This document shows, piece by piece, positions 10,701 through 17,084 of a stretch of DNA of 64,000 nt (position 1 is the first letter of the stretch; each line of letters begins with the position of its first letter). Source of the DNA: Alphaproteobacteria bacterium. GTDB lineage: Bacteria; Pseudomonadota; Alphaproteobacteria; RF32; CAG-239. Under the pieces are notes generated by a model. That model was not told where the DNA came from, did no database searches, and saw only the letters and a list, made by a program, of their open reading frames with translations. The stretch lies in assembly GCA_045537965.1 (NCBI GenBank), contig JAZSQL010000050.1, positions 12,096-76,095 of the forward strand, written 5' to 3'. The position numbers were made by a program, and so were the translations under genes.

Positions 10701-11844
10701 TATTTTCAGCTTTAGGTAGTTCTATGTTTTCTAACCACCATGTATCAACGTTAATAGCTCCTGCTGAAAGTTTGGTTTCACCCTTTAAAATCTTTTGAAT
10801 ATCACTGGCAATTGTTTTATCGCTACCATCATCATAAATAACGTTGCCGTTTTTATCTCTTTTAATGTTTTGCATTAGGACAGAATTTTTAGGATTACCA
10901 GCTAAACCTACTAAAACAACTCCTCTTTCAAATTGCTGAGCAACCATTGATTTAAATTTAGCCAAAACAGCTTCATTTGTCTTAGCATCATCAAGTAAAG
11001 ATCTATCTTTCAGAAGTTCTAAGGTAGCACGTCTGGTGGCGTTAGCCAAAAGTAACTTGTTATATGCTTTTGTTTGTGCTTCTTGAACGTTCTTTGAAGT
11101 TCCTGAAGGAAATTCGTATTTTACCTTATTAAGTAATTCTTTGCATTCACTATAGATATCATTAAGTTCACCATTTGAGTTATAGACTTCTAGTGTTCCA
11201 ATTGCTGTATTCAAAGCATTATCATTAGATTCTATCTTTTTACCATCAACAAGGTCCCACCCATTTGCTTTAGCTAATTCAGCTAAAAAACTATCTTTAG
11301 CGTTTAAAGATATTTCTTCAATGGCACCAGATTTTTCAGCATTATCATAATGCTGAGCTAATACATCGTTAATACTACTAACCTCAACTTGCCCTAGAGC
11401 CGTCTCAATACTTTCTTTTGCTTTTTTTATTTGCTCATCAATTTTTGCTTCATCAAAATCTTTATCACCTTGATGCGCAAGTTTATATGCTTCTAGCAAA
11501 GCTTTATGTTGAAGTAGATGAATAAGCCCTCCATCTTTATTTAGGGTGGCATCCTTGCTATCAATTTGATCCTTTATCAGCTCAAATGCTGCGCTTTCGC
11601 TACCGTCTGCATTTTTGATATATATTGTTTTAAGTTCTTCTTTACCTAGAACCTTTAAATATGACAAAATATCATACGATGAAACTAGATTAAAATCATC
11701 GATTGTTTTTAAATGCTCTTCTAAACCTTTTTTTATCTCTTCTTTTTTTTCATTATCCGTTTCTTCTTTCCACATACTATATATCTGTGTTGCCAAATAC
11801 TTTTTCCACCATTCTTCATCTTGAAACCAATTTGTATTAACCAT
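7777..11844 (-). CDS. giant hypothetical protein (1355 aa) with central glycine-zipper hydrophobic block and 65-aa tandem repeat
   Basis: Uninterrupted 4.07-kb ORF with no N-terminal signal peptide. The first ~410 residues are helical and rich in K/E. Residues ~418-600 hold three Gly/Ala-rich hydrophobic segments (FGGAAALMASPSGLAIATGAAIYAG, GLVIGGLSGGMSAILGAGTWLG, AIAFAAVGVGAVIGDG). Two near-identical 65-aa repeats follow, then ~560 aa of beta-rich sequence. No family recognised. Confidence 0.75.
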   Translation of the reverse strand: MVNTNWFQDEEWWKKYLATQIYSMWKEETDNEKKEEIKKGLEEHLKTIDDFNLVSSYDILSYLKVLGKEELKTIYIKNADGSESAAFELIKDQIDSKDATLNKDGGLIHLLQHKALLEAYKLAHQGDKDFDEAKIDEQIKKAKESIETALGQVEVSSINDVLAQHYDNAEKSGAIEEISLNAKDSFLAELAKANGWDLVDGKKIESNDNALNTAIGTLEVYNSNGELNDIYSECKELLNKVKYEFPSGTSKNVQEAQTKAYNKLLLANATRRATLELLKDRSLLDDAKTNEAVLAKFKSMVAQQFERGVVLVGLAGNPKNSVLMQNIKRDKNGNVIYDDGSDKTIASDIQKILKGETKLSAGAINVDTWWLENIELPKAENIIKSKTDINKLTFLDKVKKAGAAAWDNVARKGGFKKILNNLVMFGGAAALMASPSGLAIATGAAIYAGWTTVNAWIMPIKDALDQEARNKNIKSLKDRYKYIKENWTRAKKAKYDEKDFTKRAKWRTAEGLVIGGLSGGMSAILGAGTWLGTFARQGTMATSKGGLFFRSLFNRKSAKKDIEKNGISVQKLQNLQADERYVKQDAIAFAAVGVGAVIGDGIKYDFQNNGVISRTYTDIKEAIGDFKENLQVRTSGSENQILNDINEEKTLTLHDSVKNNERIVSEASKIQAKIVTGENGVQTVLAVDEAGRPIFVQYNAETGEYLVGGKVIAQNGDGGIKLASDTYQMNKASEIQAKIVTGENGVQTVLAVDEAGRPIFVQYNAATGEYLVGGKVIAQNGDGGIKLASDAQINGNIEPHATNVFQPYRDDATGMTVWKEPETKNGITATYMQDAQGRNYVRYEGLNTEHKPSESTYASLVNNINKKGNINFDFKDAEGNPVSFEDAVATMRTNLEGANYLPDGMSKEQAIFLAMMRARYTGNKDILQDILCGENLDNLKNTLTAQASLYATNPGHIGRLITDRPLQTWVGPTSKLELCQNSTPEQTNGTDIDLQGVKNYNVDFEDPYAELTSTYSSQRNNIQVDLDSLEGAEVMYGDKVNFTTGLRDNEITINNETITGDFELVYHATHDIKNIINNLTEPTSVTIADDGVTTIVYEFEKGKTVSVVLDNASEEGVRTGHFLIGGKEVILDNESSILMSKKLSESSTLGDYYSSVENDNVYENVPEGHERVGRRIENIADRQEGPVVSDSTMPVDPNPATFTSTKLEEIKSKGEFVCIGKKGGRYILQINGVDGATRGSAPDLTHLNMDDATTTFTDSNDGIYKVTITTKDSKELVVSYNSTNNTSMATMNGKLVLLDTQTCSQVQNISYDKLVNNGVEVGEVKLDTPFTTKVKQAIETYRNHQPVMQNSTNAR
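9476..9848 (-). repeat. 195-bp direct tandem repeat (2 copies, a handful of differences by eye) inside the giant ORF
   Basis: TCAGAAGCTAATTTGATACCACC... recurs at 9476 and 9671 (period 195 bp = 65 codons). The copies encode ASEIQAKIVTGENGVQTVLAVDEAGRPIFVQYNA(E/A)TGEYLVGGKVIAQNGDGGIKLASD. Confidence 0.9.
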
Positions 11845-11997
11845 ACTTTTATCTCCTATTTAAGAGGGGGTCTAATCTTTATTTATTAGAATAATACACT
11901 ATTTTTCAGTCGTTTGCAATACTTTTTGTCTAAAATTTTATTTTTTTATAAAAACATCTCTAATCCTTATAATTATTTGGCTAAAACATGTCATATT

Positions 11998-12345
11998 TTA
12001 GCTTAAAGAAATTTCTTCCCATGTTTTTAAGCCTATTTTAGACCAATCAACTGGTATTTTTTCAACAATATTCATATCTGCAATGTAGGCTTCTTTAATA
12101 TTTTCCATAACAGTTTCGACAATTATTACAGCACGAGCTTTACGTAATTTGTCACGAACATCTGGATTAATATAGTCTAAAATAATCTTTTGCTCGTCAT
12201 TACGAATAAATAAAGCATGATCAAAACCGTCATAAATAATCTGAGGATGAGTGGGAGTATCTTTTTTGGCTCCGATATAAATATATAGCTCACCAGAAGT
12301 ATTTTCTGCTACAAAATATTGCTTTTCTGTTTCGTACTTTGTCAT
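11998..12345 (-). CDS. hypothetical protein (115 aa)
   Basis: ORF starts 2 nt after the stop of the upstream 120-aa ORF, on the same strand as the giant gene and 153 nt upstream of it. No family recognised. Confidence 0.5.
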   Translation of the reverse strand: MTKYETEKQYFVAENTSGELYIYIGAKKDTPTHPQIIYDGFDHALFIRNDEQKIILDYINPDVRDKLRKARAVIIVETVMENIKEAYIADMNIVEKIPVDWSKIGLKTWEEISLS

Positions 12346-12347
12346 TT

Positions 12348-12710
12348 TTACCTACCTTGATACGTAGTATTCATAATTGACATTCTTGTGTAAGCATTTT
12401 TTACATATTTTTCGCCACACTTATATTTTTTCATATTATGTTTGGGAACACATGTTTCTACACGACCATCAGGGAAATGAGTTGAAACTAGTTGTAAACG
12501 TTCCACTGAATCTTCTGGCTGCCTTATGTCTTCAATAGAATACGTTATAGCTCTGCCTTTTTCGGTATCCTCACTTAAAACGAAAACATGATGATTAGGA
12601 TTAGGAACATATCCCTTGGCATTAGGAATTACTATATTAGGATTTTTACGAGAAGGATCTTTGATTGTCAACGACCCATTTTTATACGAAGCTTGTATCT
12701 CTTCAACCAT
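12348..12710 (-). CDS. hypothetical protein (120 aa)
   Basis: ORF with GGAGG upstream of the ATG (rev-comp of CCTCC at 12717-12721). No family recognised. Confidence 0.5.
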   Translation of the reverse strand: MVEEIQASYKNGSLTIKDPSRKNPNIVIPNAKGYVPNPNHHVFVLSEDTEKGRAITYSIEDIRQPEDSVERLQLVSTHFPDGRVETCVPKHNMKKYKCGEKYVKNAYTRMSIMNTTYQGR

Positions 12711-12829
12711 TTATGCCTCCTATGATTACTGGACACAATGTTATACTACCATTTTAGACAAAATTTGTCAACAATGATACTAATATCATTTGCATTTATT
12801 ATGAGGCAAATTATTTAAGTTTTATTTAA

Positions 12830-13399
12830 TTACCATTTTATAAGGTGTTCTAGGAATGTATCTATAAAATCAGCTCGTCTATTTTGATAATCAAGATAAT
12901 ATGCATGTTCCCAAACATCTAAACAAACTAGTGGTTGCCCTAAATTTAGAGAAATAGGACTGTCTGCATTAGATGTTGTCACAATATCCAAGTTACCTTC
13001 TTTTTGAATGATCCAACACCAACCACTACCAAATTGTGCTAATGCCTTAGCTTTAAATTCCTTTTTAAAATTATCGTATGAACCAAATGCATTTTCAATT
13101 TGCTTTATAAATTTTTCAGCAGGCATCGTAGCGCCCGAATCGGATAATGAATTCCAAAAAAATTGATGATTCCAAACTTGACCTGCATTGTTGTAAATAG
13201 CCTTATCTGACGGACGAAAATAGCTTTCTTTAATAATGGCTTCTAAAGGCATATTTGCATAGTCTGTATCTTTGATAAGTTCGTTTAATTTATCAAGATA
13301 TGCCTTATAATGTTTGTTATAATGAAAATCTAGAGTCTTTGATGACATATATGGTTCTAGTGCTGACAATTCAAATGAAAGTTGCTTCATTTCAAACAT
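12830..13399 (-). CDS. sodB: Fe/Mn superoxide dismutase (Fe-type signature)
   Basis: FHYNKHY, AGQVWNHQFFW and DVWEHAYYLDYQNRR carry all four metal ligands. The start could instead be the M at residue 4. Confidence 0.9.
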   Translation of the reverse strand: MFEMKQLSFELSALEPYMSSKTLDFHYNKHYKAYLDKLNELIKDTDYANMPLEAIIKESYFRPSDKAIYNNAGQVWNHQFFWNSLSDSGATMPAEKFIKQIENAFGSYDNFKKEFKAKALAQFGSGWCWIIQKEGNLDIVTTSNADSPISLNLGQPLVCLDVWEHAYYLDYQNRRADFIDTFLEHLIKW

Positions 13400-13420
13400 A
13401 TTTATACTCCTTATAGTTAC

Positions 13421-13837
13421 TTATGAATGTTTTTTAATATAAGCATTAATTCCTATTTCATCAAGCATTTTTTGTTCTTGATTTTCAAACTCTTTTTGTC
13501 TACGCCTACGCCTGTTTTCATCGACTATCTTATAAGTTTTTTGCTCTTTAAACATATCTGCCATAATATCTCGAATTTGTTCTATTTTAATCTGAATATC
13601 TTTTAGTTGTTTTTCTAGCATTTTGCGATTTTCTAAATATTGCTTGGTATAAGCTCCAAAATCGCAAATTCCAGGATTTTGCATAACAAATTCTTTTTCT
13701 TGTTCATATTTGGCAATAAGTTCTGAAATTTGATGCTGTAGACTATCTTCTTTTCCCAACTCTACCATCAATAGACGTCTTTGTTCATCTATTTCAATTT
13801 TTTTTATACGTTCTAGGGTTTGAAGAGAATTGCGCAT
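13421..13837 (-). CDS. fliJ: flagellar export protein FliJ
   Basis: 138-aa all-helical coiled-coil protein rich in E/K/R/Q, immediately downstream of fliI. This size, composition and position are typical of FliJ. Confidence 0.6.
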   Translation of the reverse strand: MRNSLQTLERIKKIEIDEQRRLLMVELGKEDSLQHQISELIAKYEQEKEFVMQNPGICDFGAYTKQYLENRKMLEKQLKDIQIKIEQIRDIMADMFKEQKTYKIVDENRRRRRQKEFENQEQKMLDEIGINAYIKKHS

Positions 13838-13853
13838 TGCTTACTTCCCTTAT

Positions 13854-15215
13854 CTAATCTGGAATGTATGGAGTAGATAATATAGTTTCTAACATTTTGT
13901 AACATTCTTCTAAAGAAAATTTTTCTTGTTTGCTTTGGGACAAAAACTCTTCAAGCAATGGATAATAAAAAATAGCTTCATCAACCTCACGGTTAGATCC
14001 CTTTTTGTATGCTCCTAGGCGAATAAGCTCTGCCATATCCTCATAAGATGAGATATATTTACGAGCCTTGGTTACAAGTTCAGCTTCTTCCTTGGTATCA
14101 CAATCTGGCATTGTTCTGGAAATTGAACGAAGAATATTAATAGCAGGATAACGATTTCTTTCAGCTATTGAACGATCAAGAACAATATGACCATCTAAAA
14201 TTGAACGAACAGCGTCTGCTACTGGTTCATTATGATCATCACCATCAACTAAAACTGTAAAAAGCCCTGTAATTGTACCATTTCCAGCTCCTGGACCTGC
14301 TCTTTCTAAAAGGCGAGGAAGCTCAGAAAAAACACTTGGAGTATATCCTTTAGATGCTGGAGGTTCACCAACTGATAAAGATATTTCCCTTTGAGCCATA
14401 GCAAATCGAGTAATTGAATCCATCATACATAAAACATCTTTATTTTCGTCACGAAAATACTCTGAAATTGCCATAGTAACATAAGCAGCTTGTCGTCTTA
14501 ATAAAGGACTTTCATCTGATGTAGCTAAGACTAAAACAGATTTTTTAAGTCCATCTTCTCCTAAAACATCTTCAACGAACTCTTTTGCTTCACGTCCTCG
14601 CTCACCAATAAGTCCTATTACAGAAACATCTGAATTTGTATGACGTGCCATCATAGACATTAATGTTGATTTGCCTACTCCTGAACCTGCAAAAATACCC
14701 ATACGCTGCCCTTTGCAAATAGTCAAAAAGGCATTTACAGCTTTAATACCTAAATCAACCTTACCTTTTACACGGTCACGAAACTGAGCTGGTGGTGGAG
14801 ATGTTTTTATAAAATACGGCTTTGCTCCTTTGATAAGAGGTCCTTTACCATCAATAGCTTCGCCAAAAGCATTTACTATGCGACCAAGCCATGAGTAATG
14901 GGGATAAATAACTGGTTTGGCATCAATAACTTCAACCAAACAATTTATACCGATACCATCCATAGTGCTGTATGGCATAAGAAGAATTTTATCATCTTTG
15001 AAACTGACTATTTCACTAGTTATTTTATCGCCACGATTATTGATAATATTACAACGGTCACCTATAGCTAAGGCACTTAAAATCCCGCTGACTTCTACAA
15101 ACAATCCTTGCACACCACTAACACGACCATAATATGCGGCATTGTCAATTTTTTCTATTGATTGTAAAATATTGTCTGTGAAATCACTCACGCTTACCAT
15201 TCTCCAAATAATCAA
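13854..15215 (-). CDS. fliI: flagellum-specific ATPase FliI
   Basis: Walker A GSGVGKST, Walker B LCMMDSITRFA, and ERNRYPAINILRSISR, typical of T3SS/flagellar ATPases. The start is ambiguous (TTG at 15215 or ATG at 15200). Confidence 0.85.
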   Translation of the reverse strand: MIIWRMVSVSDFTDNILQSIEKIDNAAYYGRVSGVQGLFVEVSGILSALAIGDRCNIINNRGDKITSEIVSFKDDKILLMPYSTMDGIGINCLVEVIDAKPVIYPHYSWLGRIVNAFGEAIDGKGPLIKGAKPYFIKTSPPPAQFRDRVKGKVDLGIKAVNAFLTICKGQRMGIFAGSGVGKSTLMSMMARHTNSDVSVIGLIGERGREAKEFVEDVLGEDGLKKSVLVLATSDESPLLRRQAAYVTMAISEYFRDENKDVLCMMDSITRFAMAQREISLSVGEPPASKGYTPSVFSELPRLLERAGPGAGNGTITGLFTVLVDGDDHNEPVADAVRSILDGHIVLDRSIAERNRYPAINILRSISRTMPDCDTKEEAELVTKARKYISSYEDMAELIRLGAYKKGSNREVDEAIFYYPLLEEFLSQSKQEKFSLEECYKMLETILSTPYIPD

Positions 15216-15289
15216 ACTATATTTTGTATACTATATAACATCTGTTTTGACTACATTTATCATCGTTATCAACATTTGAATAAAAAATT

Positions 15290-15305
15290 GTTAATAATTA
15301 TTAAC
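15290..15305. promoter_or_regulatory. perfect 16-bp palindrome GTTAATAATTATTAAC in the fliI-ctrA divergent intergenic region (candidate operator)
   Basis: Read directly. It is self-complementary and contains TTAA-N6-TTAAC, one base short of the canonical CtrA box spacing (TTAA-N7-TTAAC). Confidence 0.3.
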
Positions 15306-15380
15306 AAAGCTAAACAAATAAAATTTATAGCTATATAATGCAGTTATTGAGGTAAGTTTTTTTAGAGAAGGATGCTTAGG

Positions 15381-16070
15381 ATGCGTGTTTTATTAGTAGA
15401 AGATGATTTCGCAATCTCACAAAGTGTTGAAACAATGCTCAAAAAAGAAGGTATGATCGTTGATACTACTGATTTGGGTGAAGATGGCTTGGAGATTGGC
15501 AAACTTTATGATTATGACATTATCATCCTTGATTTGATGTTGCCTGATATGAATGGTTATGAAGTTTTACGTAATTTGCGTGCATCAAAAGTTAATACTC
15601 CTGTTTTGATTTTATCAGGTTTGAGCGAACCAGATAAAAAAGTTAAGGGTCTTGGCTATGGTGCTGATGATTATTTGACTAAACCCTTTGATAAAAGTGA
15701 ACTTTTGGCGCGTATTCACGCTGTTGTTAGACGTTCTAAGGGACATTCAGAATCGATTATCAATACGGGAGATGTAGAAGTTAACTTGGATACGCAAACA
15801 GTTACTGTTTGTGGCAAGACGTTGCATTTGACTGGTAAAGAATATGGTATTATGGAATTGTTGTCGTTGCGTAAAGGTTCAACTCTTAACAAAGATCAAT
15901 TCCTTAACCATTTATACGGAGGTATTGATGAGCCTGAATTGAAAATTATTGATGTATTTATTTGTAAATTGCGCAAAAAACTAGAAAAAGCATCAGGCGG
16001 AAAAAACTATATTGAAACTGTTTGGGGACGCGGTTATGTCTTGCGTGATCCAGATGAGAAAAAAGAGTAG
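15381..16070 (+). CDS. ctrA: cell-cycle response regulator CtrA (OmpR family)
   Basis: MRVLLVEDD..., [72 protein letters not shown] and [11 protein letters not shown] are close to Caulobacter/Rickettsia CtrA along the full length. Confidence 0.9.
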   Translation: MRVLLVEDDFAISQSVETMLKKEGMIVDTTDLGEDGLEIGKLYDYDIIILDLMLPDMNGYEVLRNLRASKVNTPVLILSGLSEPDKKVKGLGYGADDYLTKPFDKSELLARIHAVVRRSKGHSESIINTGDVEVNLDTQTVTVCGKTLHLTGKEYGIMELLSLRKGSTLNKDQFLNHLYGGIDEPELKIIDVFICKLRKKLEKASGGKNYIETVWGRGYVLRDPDEKKE

Positions 16071-16121
16071 TTTTATAATATCGTATTTGCAAGCCCCGAT
16101 TTTTATTAATCGGGGTTTGTT

Positions 16122-16820
16122 TTATTTGCGTATTTCAAAATTAGTAAAATTTTCTTTCAAATATTCTATTAATTCTTTATCATCAAAAATATTTTCACAG
16201 GCATAATCGCTAGTTTCTTTATCGCTTTCGACAGGGCGATATTTTTGTAAGAAATATTTTTTAACACCCTTACTTTTTAAATATTTAGCAATATCAAATA
16301 AATCTTTTGAGGTTAAAAAACGTGGATCACAAGTTGTACGACATTCGAAATCAATACCACTTTTAAGTATTAAATCTAAACTTTGTTCAACACGCTTTAA
16401 ATGGTCGACACCTATAATTTTTTGATAATGAGACCTATCAAATGGCGCTTTAATATCTAGCCCAACCCAATCAATAAAAGGTAAGATATTGACTAAATGC
16501 TCTGGACGATATCCTCCTGTGTGAAGACCTATTTTAAAACCTAAACTCTTTACTTCTTTGATAGCATCTAGAAGAGTGTCTTGAACTAATGGCTCACCTC
16601 CAGAAAAAGTTACAGCATCTAACTTGCCAACTCTGGTACGCAAAAACTCGACAAATAGTTCCCAAGAAAAATCATTTTCTTTTAATATTGGACGAATAGA
16701 AGCATTATGACAGAAAGGACAGGCCCATGGGCAACCCTGCATAAAGACAACAGCTGTCAACACCCCTGGAAAATCAACGGCGCTGAATTTCTCAACGCCG
16801 CCGACTACAATTTTAGACAT
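16122..16820 (-). CDS. nrdG: anaerobic ribonucleoside-triphosphate reductase activating protein (radical SAM)
   Basis: CPWACPFCHN (CxxxCxxC) near the N-terminus, a GGEP motif, and a position directly downstream of the nrdD pieces. Confidence 0.85.
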   Translation of the reverse strand: MSKIVVGGVEKFSAVDFPGVLTAVVFMQGCPWACPFCHNASIRPILKENDFSWELFVEFLRTRVGKLDAVTFSGGEPLVQDTLLDAIKEVKSLGFKIGLHTGGYRPEHLVNILPFIDWVGLDIKAPFDRSHYQKIIGVDHLKRVEQSLDLILKSGIDFECRTTCDPRFLTSKDLFDIAKYLKSKGVKKYFLQKYRPVESDKETSDYACENIFDDKELIEYLKENFTNFEIRK

Positions 16821-16834
16821 ATAATACTGCTCAA

Positions 16835-17050
16835 TTATTCTGCTGCAATAGCATAAGCATCTTCACAATGGCAAGCACAGCCATCAATAGCTTTTAGCTC
16901 AGAGAAATTTACACGAGAGCGAAATTCTGATTTTTTACCAACATTAAATTCAGAATATGGACGCAAATAACCCATAACACGTGTCCATACTTCACAAGGT
17001 TGTCTTTCTTCATCTGCAAGTTTGATATCTTCAAAATTAACAGTTGTCAT
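16835..17050 (-). CDS. stand-alone glycyl-radical domain of class III RNR (71 aa)
   Basis: ATG at 17050 preceded by GGAGAATAAA. Contains EVWTRVMGYLRPYSEFNVGKKSEFRSR, the NrdD C-terminal glycyl-radical motif (RVxGY...W/F-N-x-GK). Separated from the nrdD stop (17085-17087) by 34 nt. Ends in an unusual DGCACHC tail. Confidence 0.7.
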   Translation of the reverse strand: MTTVNFEDIKLADEERQPCEVWTRVMGYLRPYSEFNVGKKSEFRSRVNFSELKAIDGCACHCEDAYAIAAE

Positions 17051-17084
17051 TTTATTCTCCATATTTCTTTCTAAAAAAATTAAC

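Noticed and set aside
8189-11824. Four short plus-strand ORFs (8189-8389, 9754-9936, 10583-10798, 11615-11824) inside the giant gene.
   Set aside because: All are antisense shadows of the 4-kb minus-strand ORF, with low-complexity S/F/I/L-rich translations and no RBS.
15216-15380. Canonical CtrA boxes (TTAA-N7-TTAA) upstream of ctrA, and other TTAA-N7-TTAA hits scattered through the window.
   Set aside because: TTAA is extremely frequent in DNA this AT-rich, so isolated matches are uninformative. I kept only the perfect 16-bp palindrome and the site abutting the DnaA-box cluster, both at low confidence.
16012-16206. 64-aa plus-strand ORF spanning the ctrA 3' end and the nrdG 3' end. Also 17044-17235 and 19052-19234.
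   Set aside because: They overlap well-supported genes, lack an RBS, and have hydrophobic low-complexity translations.
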